In this document: positions 10,267-20,737 of the stretch, one piece after another
How the letters are laid out: each line of letters opens with the position of its first letter
Position numbering within the stretch: the first letter of the stretch is position 1
Source of the DNA: Octopus bimaculoides
Lineage: Eukaryota
NCBI RefSeq assembly: GCF_001194135.2
Contig: NC_068984.1
Span: 49,307,677 to 49,340,536, forward strand
Length of the DNA: 32,860 nucleotides
Reading direction: 5' to 3'
Translations under genes and position numbers: made by a program
Notes under the pieces: model-generated
What the model was told of the DNA's origin: nothing
The model's database searches: none
Seen by the model: only the letters and a program-made list of their open reading frames with translations

Positions 10267-11680
10267 TTTGCAGGATTTACATAAAATTGCTGAGGAGGTC
10301 ATATTGCCTGAGGAAGTGAGATTATGAGTGGTGGTGGAGAGAAGACCTCCAATATGCTACCAGTGTGGAATACGGAGACACATGAAGGCTATGTGTCCCC
10401 AGAAACATGACGAGGATGTGATGGAACAGGAGCAGCAGGGAGAGGTAATGGAGCAAAGCGTAGAAGTACAAAACCCAATCTGCGATAAGAGTACAGAGAA
10501 GTGGAGGACCAATATACGGTGGTGAAGAGAAAGAAGAAGAGAGAGGGGAAACGCGGACTCACCAGCAAAGAGTCTGTTAAAAAAGAGAAAAGCAGTCGTA
10601 GAGGTGGATCAGTGTGAGNNNNNNNNNNNNNNNNNNNNNNNNNNNNNNNNNNNNNNNNNNNNNNNNNNNNNNNNNNNNNNNNNNNNNNNNNNNNNNNNNN
10701 NNNNNNNNNNNNNNNNNNNNNNNNNNNNNNNNNNNNNNNNNNNNNNNNNNNNNNNNNNNNNNNNNNNNNNNNNNNNNNNNNNNNNNNNNNNNNNNNNNNN
10801 NNNNNNNNNNNNNNNNNNNNNNNNNNNNNNNNNNNNNNNNNNNNNNNNNNNNNNNNNNNNNNNNNNNNNNNNNNNNNNNNNNNNNNNNNNNNNNNNNNNN
10901 NNNNNNNNNNNNNNNNNNNNNNNNNNNNNNNNNNNNNNNNNNNNNNNNNNNNNNNNNNNNNNNNNNNNNNNNNNNNNNNNNNNNNNNNNNNNNNNNNNNN
11001 NNNNNNNNNNNNNNNNNNNNNNNNNNNNNNNNNNNNNNNNNATGTGTCCCCAGAAACATGACGAGGATGTGATGGAACAGGAGCAGCAGGGAGGGGTAAT
11101 GGAGCAAAGCGTAGAAGTACAAAACCCAATCTGCGATAAGAGTACAGAGAAGTGGAGGACCAATATACGGTGGTGAAGAGAAAGAAGAAGAGAGAGGGGA
11201 AACGCGGACTCACCAGCAAAGAGTCTGTTAAAAAAGAGAAAAGCAGTCGTAGAGGTGGATCAGTGTGAGAGAGCAACTACTTCAAAGAGTGCCAGCGTGA
11301 GGGTGAAAGTGAATTTACAGAAGGGAAACGAAAAAAGACGGGACATGCCAGCAACATCGAATGAAAATGCTACAGGGAAGAGTTACTAATGCCAGTAACC
11401 ATTGGAGGAGACCAATAATGTAAGACAGGAAGGGTACAGAAGGGGGGAAACATATATGGAATTTAATAGAATATTAAAAAAAATGTGTCGAAATTGAGAA
11501 GTTTACGGAAATAAAATATGCAATTAGGGTGAGATTAACATCGAACGAGTTCGAAGCAATCCTGCTTGATAGAGTGAGAGGTGAGAAATTGAAAGAACTT
11601 TTTGGAGATAAAATAAAGATAACGGAGCTGCAGTTTCAATTTGATGAATTACCATCGGTGGTGGAATTCGATGTAAATAA
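10267..11680 (+). mobile_element. Half-LINE copy 4, 5'-truncated, inside the pogo transposase (spans an assembly gap)
   Basis: LQDLHKIAEEVILPEEVRL*VVVERRPPICYQCGIRRHMKAMC knuckle, acidic linker and YTVVKRKKKR. A downstream reading frame (IRVRLTSNEFEAILL..KELFG) follows. The 3' tail is not visible because of a microsatellite and SINE. Confidence 0.65.
10619..11041. other. Assembly gap (N run)
   Basis: Run of N. Confidence 1.
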
Positions 11681-11770
11681 TGTGTGTGTGTATATATATG
11701 TGTGTGTATATATATATATGTGTGTGTGTGTATATATATGTGTGTGTTTGTGTGTGTGTGTGTGTGTGTG
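11681..11770. repeat. (TG)n/(TA)n microsatellite
   Basis: Direct inspection. Confidence 0.95.
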
Positions 11771-12157
11771 GAGGCGCAATGGCCCAGTGGTTAGTGCAGA
11801 GGACTTGCGATCATAGGATCGCGGTTTCGATTCTCAGACCGGCCGTTGTGAGTGTTCATTGAGCGAAAACACCTAAAGCTCCACGAGGCCCCGGCAGGGG
11901 ATGGTGGCGAACCCTGCTGTACTCTTTCACCACAACTTTCTCTTTCACTCTTACTTCCTGTTTCTGTTGTGCCTGTAATTCAAAGGGCCAGCCTTGTCAT
12001 ACTGTGTCACGCTGAATATCCCCGAGAACTACGTTAAGGGTACACGTGTCTGTGGAGTGCTCAGCCACTTGCACGTTAATTTCACGAGCAGGCTGTTCCG
12101 TTGATCGGATCAACTGGAACCCTCGACGTCGTAAGCGACGGAGTGCCAACAACAACG
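11770..12157 (+). mobile_element. Full-length tRNA-derived SINE (family B)
   Basis: tRNA-like head GGCGCAATGGCCCAGTGGTTAG...GGTTTCGATTCTC (A and B boxes), about 390 bp, with an (ACA)n tail. Its 3' half is nearly identical to 16068-16263. Confidence 0.85.
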
Positions 12158-12183
12158 ATATATATATATATATATATATACAA

Positions 12184-12313
12184 CGTGCTTCTTTCAAATC
12201 CACCAAATCCACTCAAGGCTTTGGTCGGCCCGAGGCTATAGTAGAAGACACTGGTCCAAGGTGCCACGCAGTAGGTTTGAACTTGGAATAATGTGGTTGG
12301 TAAGCAAGCTACT
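12184..12313 (-). mobile_element. SINE family A, 5' part lacking the first ~20 nt
   Basis: Homologous to the head of the 14781-15128 copy (AGTAGCTTGCTTACCAACCACAT...GCGTGGCACCTTGG...CTATAGCCTCGGGCCGACC). Confidence 0.85.
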
Positions 12314-13780
12314 TTATTTCATTAAATTTGCCATGAAGGCATTACAAAAAGGGGACGGACAAGGACAGACAAACATAAAAAGGTGAAGTAGCTGCTATAA
12401 CGATTAAAAATTCACGTTTCTGATGAAAAATTGATATGATGGTTTTTGGATGCCTGTCCTTCAGTTGCCTGTATAGCGTTTCCTCTATCCAGGCACACCT
12501 CTCAATCAAGTCCCTGTACTGTGGAAACAGCTTGGTGATGTGGTGGTTTTTCAAGATTTCCTCCGTATACCTGTCTCTGGTATCATACTCCACCCGGATT
12601 TTCATGTCATTATCGATTTTTTTCTTTTTTTCCTCTGGGACAGTGGGGTGGTGTCTTTTTTGTTTATTTTTGGTGTGGTGCCTTCTTTTAGTTTTGTGGG
12701 GCATATGGATGAGGAAGGTGCTAGAGTATTCGTTTTCGAACTACAGTAAACTCCCCCTCGACCACCTCCATAGTGTCATCCGGGGGAGTTACACATTCTG
12801 GTGCCACTTTAGAGGGAGTGGGTGTTTTTGATGTTGTAGGGGCCGGTGTGTACATGGGTTGGTGTCTTTGAATATCGTGTTTGGGGGCGGGCACCACAGT
12901 TGGGGGAGTGGGAGTTTTTGTCACTCTAGGGGCTAATGTGTGCGGGTTTGGGGTCATTTTTTGTAGTTAAGGGGACTGGTGACTCCGCAACTTGTTTTCC
13001 ATTGTTCACAATCCACACGAATGTAACCATTTTTGCCGCATTCGTAGCACGTGGGCCTTTTGCCCGCTACTTGTATTTTGAGGACAATCTCCTCGCCCAA
13101 GAGCACTCTATCCGGAAGCATTTCAATATCTTCCTGAGCCTCCTCAATAATGGCAGAAATGCTTTGCCCGAGCCAGTTTTGGGGGGAATCTGGAGTAAGT
13201 TGATTTTATCCGTTCTGTTATACAACACGGCGGCCATCACCTCCCTTGCATCGATTTCAGGTGGTACCTCTGTCACCTTTGTACGGGCAGTGTGTCTCCC
13301 AATGTAGGATGGCAGAAGCACCACTTCCTTCGTTTCCAGGGGGCTCACTGAGTACTTTTGTGCCTTTTTCTCCGATTCGAACCTGGCCTCGATTGTGCCA
13401 TACATCTGGTTCTTTGCTATATATTTCACGTTCTTCCATATTGTGGCCAGACATTTCTCGATATTGTTTTGTTCAAAGTGCTTGAACTTCTTTGTTTCTG
13501 GGCAGTACGTTTTAAAAACGACTGTCCGTTTCCTCAACTTATCGACGTTGGAGGAGGGTGATATATTTACATCACCATCCTCTTCTTTCATTCTTCCAAA
13601 AAGCTCACCGAGCTTTTCTATCGGCATGACGATGTCTTTTGTTGCCACAGCAGCAACTGCAACAAATTTCTACAACGGCTGACCGTTTTCACAATTCTCT
13701 TCGAGAGTACATTTTCTTGAATTATTTCGACCGACATACTCGGCCGAAATTAAAACAGCAAAATATAATTATAATAAGTA
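12312..13780 (-). mobile_element. ORF1-only (half-LINE) retroelement, copy 3, near full length
   Basis: Probable ATG at 13737. Translation pieces: QPL*KFVAVAAVATK; RTVVFKTY..WKNVKYIAKNQMYGTIEARF..PLETKEVVLLPSYIGRHTARTKVTEVPPEID; after a frameshift KIQVAGKRPTCYECGKNGYIRVDC; EFTVVRKR. Downstream ORF 12342-12704, then the tail TGCCTTCATGGCA...AATAAAG. No EN or RT. The 5' boundary is approximate. Confidence 0.8.
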
Positions 13781-13929
13781 ATTTTCCTCAAAAGGGGAAA
13801 CCTATAATCAGTTTTTTTCCTCTGAAAGGGGACAACAGTTCAAATCCCGCCCCCAGAATAATTTAGAGAGTAAATCGCATAAAATTGAACAAAATACACC
13901 ACCTAATCGTTAAATGTTACTCACAAAAC

Positions 13930-13960
13930 TGTGCGTGTGTGTGTGTGTGTGTGTGTGTAC
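13930..13960. repeat. (TG)n microsatellite
   Basis: Direct inspection. Confidence 0.9.
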
Positions 13961-14352
13961 GTGCATGCAAAATGCACACACGTCCACACACGCAAGCAGA
14001 AAGAAAGAATGCGATTTACAAGGGTGAGATACTATAGATAAATCAAAAAATCAATTATAAAAAAAATGCTAACGGTTGTTGTTTTTAAAAACTAAAATAA
14101 ATTTCGTAAAGAACTTGCTTTTAAACACTCCACTGTAGATCCCGAACAAGCACAACTGAAAATTACTTAACAGCTCGCTCCTTAAAATAGTTCATAATTT
14201 GCTATGCTTGTTCACTGTTTACGTATCTGAGCGTGTAATAGTTTGTGTTCGGTTATGTATCTGTTTATGCCGTATTTGGAGTATAATAGGAGCATGAGTG
14301 CCTATTTGTTATTTGTAAGTGTTTCCCTATTTCCCGTATGGATATAGCTTCA

Positions 14353-14563
14353 CATCCGATGTACTTTTGAAACATTTGTAGTACTCGACTATGTCTTCCA
14401 TCCCTCTATTCAGTGATATACGTGTGTGTGCGTGTGTGTTTGTGTGCGTGCGTGTGTGTGTGTGCATGCGTGCGTGTGTGTGTGTGTGTGTGTACATATC
14501 AGTAAACAAAAGGAATAGAAGACGTAGTCGAGTACTACAGATGTTTCAAAAGCACATCGATTG
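14353..14563. repeat. About 67-bp inverted repeat around a (TG/CG)n microsatellite
   Basis: CATCCGATGTACTTTTGAAACATTTGTAGTACTCGACTATGTCTTC pairs with GAAGACGTAGTCGAGTACTACAGATGTTTCAAAAGCACATCGATTG with few mismatches. Weaker pairing extends inward to the microsatellite. Confidence 0.85.
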
Positions 14564-14780
14564 CATCTTACGTAATATTACGAATGCCTTGAAGCCGTTC
14601 AGCGTAGTTGTTCGTCAGGTACACATGACAGTTTAGTTATAAATAGTACACCGTAATCGAAAATGGAAAAGAAGTAGGGCTAGTAGACAGAATGAAAAAC
14701 AAGTGGGAGTAAAGATTGGAATTGGTGAAGAACCGACGAGATGGATAGGGGTGTGGTTTCATCCCGTTATCTGAATACTC

Positions 14781-15128
14781 TTTTACTTGTTTTAGTCATT
14801 TGATTGCGGCCATGCTGAAACACCGCCTTTAGTTGAGCAAATCGACTCCAGGACTTATTCTATCGGTCTCTTTTGCCGAACTGCTAGGTTACGGGGACGC
14901 AAACACACCACCATCGGTTGTCAAGCGATGTTAGGGGAACAAACACAGATACACACGCATACATATATATATATACATATATACGACGGGATTCTTTCAG
15001 TTTCCGTCTACCAAATCCACTCACAAGGCTTTGTTCGGCACGAGGCTATAGCAGAAGGTGCCACGCAGTGGGAATGAACCCGGAACCATGTGGTTGGCAA
15101 GCAAGCTACTTACCACACAGCCACTCCT
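14781..15128 (-). mobile_element. Full-length tRNA-derived SINE (family A) with TACTC TSD
   Basis: Head AGGAGTGGCTGTGTGGTAAGTAGCTTGCTTGCCAACCACATGGTTCCGGGTTCATTCCC, internal TA/CA microsatellite and tail AGTAAAAGA. TACTC occurs on both sides, and the paralogous empty site is seen in the other arm of the inverted repeat. Confidence 0.9.
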
Positions 15129-15384
15129 ACTCAAAATATTGTAGTGGTTGTAAGATATTATAACTTCATTATTGTATACGTTAGCGTCAGTAAGTGGCAG
15201 CCAGCGTGCCGAAGGCTGAGATGCCTATTCTTTAGTACCGATTAATATGAGTAATAAAAGCTCATACGGAGTAAAAAAAATAGGAAAGATAAAAGAAGTG
15301 GAAAATGAGACCGAAAAAAGAATGACAAATAAGGTGATGGTGACAGATTACTGGTATTTATACAGACATAAATATACTCGGTCA

Positions 15385-15415
15385 CACACACACACAAACA
15401 CATACATTCACACAC

Positions 15416-15470
<55 letters not shown>
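15385..15470. repeat. (CA)n/(TA)n microsatellite abutting a gap
   Basis: Direct inspection. Confidence 0.95.
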
Positions 15471-16067
15471 NNNNNNNNNNNNNNNNNNNNNNNNNNNNNN
15501 NNNNNNNNNNNNNNNNNNNNNNNNNNNNNNNNNNNNNNNNNNNNNNNNNNNNNNNNNNNNNNNNNNNNNNNNNNNNNNNNNNNNNNNNNNNNNNNNNNNN
15601 NNNNNNNNNNNNNNNNNNNNNNNNNNNNNNNNNNNNNNNNNNNNNNNNNNNNNNNNNNNNNNNNNNNNNNNNNNNNNNNNNNNNNNNNNNNNNNNNNNNN
15701 NNNNNNNNNNNNNNNNNNNNNNNNNNNNNNNNNNNNNNNNNNNNNNNNNNNNNNNNNNNNNNNNNNNNNNNNNNNNNNNNNNNNNNNNNNNNNNNNNNNN
15801 NNNNNNNNNNNNNNNNNNNNNNNNNNNNNNNNNNNNNNNNNNNNNNNNNNNNNNNNNNNNNNNNNNNNNNNNNNNNNNNNNNNNNNNNNNNNNNNNNNNN
15901 NNNNNNNNNNNNNNNNNNNNNNNNNNNNNNNNNNNNNNNNNNNNNNNNNNNNNNNNNNNNNNNNNNNNNNNNNNNNNNNNNNNNNNNNNNNNNNNNNNNN
16001 NNNNNNNNNNNNNNNNNNNNNNNNNNNNNNNNNNNNNNNNNNNNNNNNNNNNNNNNNNNNNNNNNNN
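15471..16067. other. Assembly gap (N run)
   Basis: Run of N. Confidence 1.
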
Positions 16068-16263
16068 CTGTTTCTGTTGTGCCTGTAATTCAAAGAGTCA
16101 GCCTTGTCATACTGTGTCACGCTGAATATCCCCGAGAACTACGTTAAGGGTACACGTATCTGTGGAATGCTCAGCCACTTGCACGTTAATTTCACGAGCA
16201 GGCTGTTCCGTTGATCGGATCAACTGGAACCCTCGACGTCGTAAGCGACGGAGTGCCAACAAC
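16068..16263 (+). mobile_element. SINE family B, 3' half (5' part in gap)
   Basis: Near-identical to about 11958-12152. Confidence 0.9.
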
Positions 16264-17829
16264 ATATATATTGAGGTACACACAGCCAAATATACGAATA
16301 TGTAGCTACATACCCTTTACACACATATAGAAAAAATTAAGCAATAGTATACAGGTACAGGTGCATAACACACTTCGACGTAAATCTTACGAACGAGTAC
16401 TATTGTACGTTATTAAAATGAAGGTAAAATATCAACTGTATATCCACGCTGGAAGTTAATTAACGGTATTGGTAGAAATAAATTTTGCGATAAAAAAGCT
16501 GAAATGCGACAGGTGAACAAAGTTACATGCACAGTTGTGGAGGCATAATTTCATAGGCACAAAAAATACACACGGACGTGTACGATTAAGGTTGTTGGGC
16601 ATGTAGAAAGACGAAACATGAAAACATTTAAGTATAGGATGGAGCATGACACTTAGGAGAATTGGACAGTAACCGAAGTAATAAGTTAGCTGTCGAGAGC
16701 GAAAGGTGTGGGAAGTATACTAATTCCAGCCAGATACCTACATCACCATGAAATAATAACATTGATGAGTAATATAGAATTCAGAGTTTGGAATAATAGT
16801 AAATAAAATTAGGTGAAATGTCAACAAGAGAGCATCATAATTATGCTAAATATTGTTAATAATGTTAACTGGTTAAATTACTGATCTAGAGGTGAGGAAA
16901 GTTCCTTATGAAATTTTCAAAGAGTGTCAAGAATTGCTTAACAGAAATTAGGACTTGTAGCTGAGGAAGTATTGCATATTCTGTTTATACATCTAATGAG
17001 TTATATAGTGACGAAAAGTGAAGTTCTTCAAAAAGCTATCATTAACAACAAATGAGGAAGGATGGACTAGTAATGTTAAATGAGAATTAGAATTTTAGCG
17101 GAGAAAGATGTGTAATCTCTGTTTACATCTCATAAGCTCATCAAATCTATTAATAATGTTGTCTTTACTGCATCTGATGAGCATACTCTCAGCAATGCAT
17201 AAAGAGCACCTATTATAACCACTACAAGATTTTTCAAGCTGAATGAGCAACTATTTGATATTGTAGTCAACTAAATTCTTTAATTTCGAAATCATTTTAC
17301 ATAAAGACGCGCTAATAGCTTTAGCTTCAAACCTAAAGGTTATATCTCCAAATTCTTTCCTCTTCCCTATGTTTACTCCGTATGGGCTTTTATTACTCAT
17401 ATTTACCTATGCTAAGCAATAAACATCCTAGCTTTCAACTGCCGGCTGCCCATTGTTGACGCTAAAATATATATTAATGAGGTTATAATCTACTACAGCA
17501 ACTACAATATTTTGAATATGCTGATAACGAATGGAAACCACACCCTTGTCTATCGCGATAAGGTGCTTTACCGATTCTTATCTCCATTCTAACCTTTTTT
17601 ATTATTTTAGCTAGCCCTACTTTCTTTTGCATTCTCCATTAGGGTGGATTATTTTCAAATAAGTATAATTTTATGCACCCAATCAACAACTACAAAACAT
17701 TCGTAATGTTACATAAGATGCACCCGAAATGCTTTTGAAACAACTGTAGTACTCGATTACAACTTCCATCGCTTTCGTTTACAGATTTGATTATCGCAGT
17801 TTGATGCTTTGAAAATGGAGTTGTAGAAC

Positions 17830-18690
17830 ACCTGTTATCTAATGTATATCTGTGAAGATCTCACGCTCCAGATACTTTTTTCACACTCAAGATCGGTGCG
17901 TGATATACTAACTGTACATATAAGACAACTCGATATAGTTGTGTATACTACTTATCGCCTATCAGATGCTCCAGATCACACGGGCTTGTTCGACGACTAC
18001 CTTTCAAATATAGAAGGTTTAACCAATAGACTTTTCATGGGAAACTTCAACTTCCGCAACGTAGAATGGCCTAATAGTCTTTTCCTCTCAGGAATGACGC
18101 GATGTGAACAAAGAAGATGGAATCCCTGCCCAAACGCACTAACAAGTTATACATGGAGCAAAGAATACTTCAACCAACCAGGGCACACAATATACTTGGT
18201 CTCTACTTTACAAACAATATGGATCTCATCCGTAATATGAAAGTAACACTGAGGCTAGACTCGGATCACAATATAATAGATCTAACCATGTATGGACCAA
18301 AGAAATCCGCAGACGTGCAGCCTATGAGAGACACCCAAAATCTACCCTATCTGAACTTCCATAAAGCAGACTGGAAATCAATTGAGAAAGAGATCATCAA
18401 ACAGAGTTGGCCACAATGTCTCTACACACGTGACACAGCGGGTATCAAAGAATTTATGTCTGAAATGCAAGCCATATGCTACAAGATTGTCCAAGAGAGA
18501 AAAACCACTGCACATAAGAACAAGATTCACAAGGAGAGAAAAGTTTTTATGAGACGGCGTACATAGACTGCAAACTGCCTCAACAGAGAACTCAATGGCG
18601 TGAAAAATCCCGCCTGGGAACAACACTACTGGAGATTGAGAAACATCTGAAATGACTCCTATGAAAAAGGAAGAGCAGACAAAGAAGCCT
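17830..18690 (+). mobile_element. CR1/L2-group LINE fragment (endonuclease C-terminus and linker)
   Basis: YRLSDAP..LFMGNFNFRNVEW; QPTRAHNILGLYFTNNMDLI..DSDHNII; LNFHKADWKSI...W. These are typical CR1-group endonuclease-region motifs. Frameshifted. Confidence 0.75.
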
Positions 18691-19079
18691 TAGTTTATGT
18701 ATGTATGTATGTATGTAGCGTGTACTGCTCGCTTGTTGATAGGATCAACAAAAACATACTTAATACAATGAGAGATATCATTTAATGAATACAGGAGTTG
18801 TACGCGAACTGCTTTAAATCTTATACTTGGGTAGTGTTATAATCGGGTGGTCTTGTGTAGCTTACCGTGCATCATCCGATAATTATTCAGGCTGCTCCTT
18901 GAGGAAATGCGAGAAAAAACGTACAAATTTACGGAAGAAAAAAATGAAAAGAAAAGGACCCAAAACGTTTTGGAAGAAGGGCATAACAATAATGTCCGTT
19001 TAATCCATTAATTAAAGAATCTTAATATGTTGAAAGTTTACATTTATAAAATCTACACGTAGTGAAGGTAGTCATATAG

Positions 19080-19735
19080 GGTTCATGTTAAACTGTGTCT
19101 AATCCAGTGGAATATGCGTCTTCCAAATCGTTAAGAGAAACTTATCGTGACTCACGCATGCAAAAATCTCTGACCTCTTTTTGTTTAGGAACTACGTCTT
19201 ACTACCTTATAGTATTGCAGTTTGTAGACAAGTCTCGTGCAGATAACTTTTCATTGTGAAAGGGAATCCTTTTGTTCAACCTGTTCTTTCTCTTGCTGCC
19301 ATAGTTTTGGAACATTCTTCGCCACTAATTAGATCATCAATATGTCAAAAGATATCTACTACCTCAATGAATCCTCCTGGACGTTCAGGAAATTCTAATT
19401 CTCATGGGGTCTATTTCTTTGCTCCTATGCGTTTACCAAATACAAAGTCTACTTCCTCTGTTTACTTTCTTGTGATCACTTAACACGTTTTGTGAGCCTA
19501 TAGTTTGCATTAAGTACATGACTGGAATTACTACCAACATCATTTCTACATCTTGAGCAGGGCCATTTTCCTGAAGGAAGTAGTGTTCTGTCTGTTTACC
19601 TTTGGTTTTTGCTAAGTTGCTTCTAGCCTTTAGCTTCCAGGCCTGCAATTTCATTTCTAAGTCTTTTACAGATTCAGGGTCATCCCATATGAATTCGACC
19701 AAATTTTTTAAAATTAGCACGTGACCAACTCAGGT
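19080..19735 (-). mobile_element. Highly degraded RTE-type LINE RT C-terminal fragment
   Basis: DLEMKLQAWKLKARSNLAKTK, IEVVDIF*HIDDLISGEECSKTMAAR and HETCLQTAILYGS parallel the better-preserved element at 27701-29045. Confidence 0.6.
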
Positions 19736-20737
19736 TTGGCTCGATTTTTTTGTTTTCCTTTGGTAATATCCCTATATGCCTAAGGAACACATGCATAATT
19801 TTAGGGTCGAACTCCAAAGGGTTTCAAATATATGCACCCCCAAAATTTGAGGACCACGCCCCTCGCAGAGAGCGAGTGTCAATTTCTACAAGTTATGGTG
19901 CTGAATATCTTTTAAAACTAATAATATTTTACTCAAATTGGCTACCTGGTTAATCTAAACCCCGCTTGCCAGAATTCGCCATCAGAATTGTTCTGTCTCC
20001 CTTTATTTTTAAGTTATTGGTCTTTCAAATATGAATCTTTTCATAGGTAGAAATTAAAAAATCCGCATGCAAGTACCCTCCATGAGGTCAAAACATCTAA
20101 TTTGTATATCGTTCTATACGTTGGATATACAAATTTCACGAAGCGGAGATAGACACAACTGTCTTCACACGACATACTTCAAATTAATCCACTAAACATG
20201 ATACTCCAATAGATACAAACTCTCAATGATCTTAACGACTTCCTACGACTTCCACGAACTCCCAACGACTCCTACGATTTTCCTCGTCTCAAACAATACG
20301 CTACTGTTTATTAGAGTTCGGTTAGTTCATTCTTCCAATCCCACATGGGTGTCAATGACTCTCGCCACAACACTAATACAAGCAAACATGCTGAGTTTCT
20401 TCAATTGAGGATCGATTTGTCCATAAAAATGTTGACAACGTACACGGCATAATATGATATTTAGAGGCATTTGAAAATGGTTCGGGGTGACAAAAATTAC
20501 CTTTTTGCCAATTTTCGCCTCGCAAGTTCACTATGTGGGCAATTAAACAAGGGAATGAAATTTGTACTCCAGAAATGTAAATATCCAACCTTTTATTCGT
20601 TCAAAATTTCAACTTGTCTTCTCATCTCTTTCATAGTTAATTCTATTTTTTAAATATATGCTTTTTAGCAAAATTGCTCAATTACCTGACAGAACCTTTA
20701 TATCTTTCATGGTAAAGAAACTTTTTTATCTTTCAAG

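Larger units (their letters stand above)
14497..17787. repeat. Long diverged inverted repeat, arms about 14497-15310 (excluding the SINE) and 17338-17787
   Basis: The reverse complement of 17338-17787 aligns by eye with 14497-14780 plus 15129-15310. Shared blocks include CTTTTGAAACA.CTGTAGTACTCGA, AAGTAGGGCTAG, GGGTGTGGTTTC, TCAAAATATTGTAGT and AATATGAGTAATAAAAGC.CATACGGAGTAAA. Confidence 0.8.

Noticed and set aside
10391-11269. 228-bp near-identical direct repeat (10391-10618 and 11042-11269) flanking an N gap
   Set aside because: The copies end and start exactly at the gap edges and differ minimally. This is typical of unmerged contig overlap or allelic duplication in scaffolding, not a real tandem repeat.
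11770-11845. tRNA-like sequence as a tRNA gene
   Set aside because: The cloverleaf is degenerate and continues into a 390-bp body repeated elsewhere in the window, so it is a SINE head.
13775-13830. Imperfect direct repeat TTTTCCTC..AAGGGGA.AAC upstream of half-LINE copy 3
   Set aside because: Short, degenerate and not matched at the other end of the element, so it cannot be called a TSD or a regulatory site.
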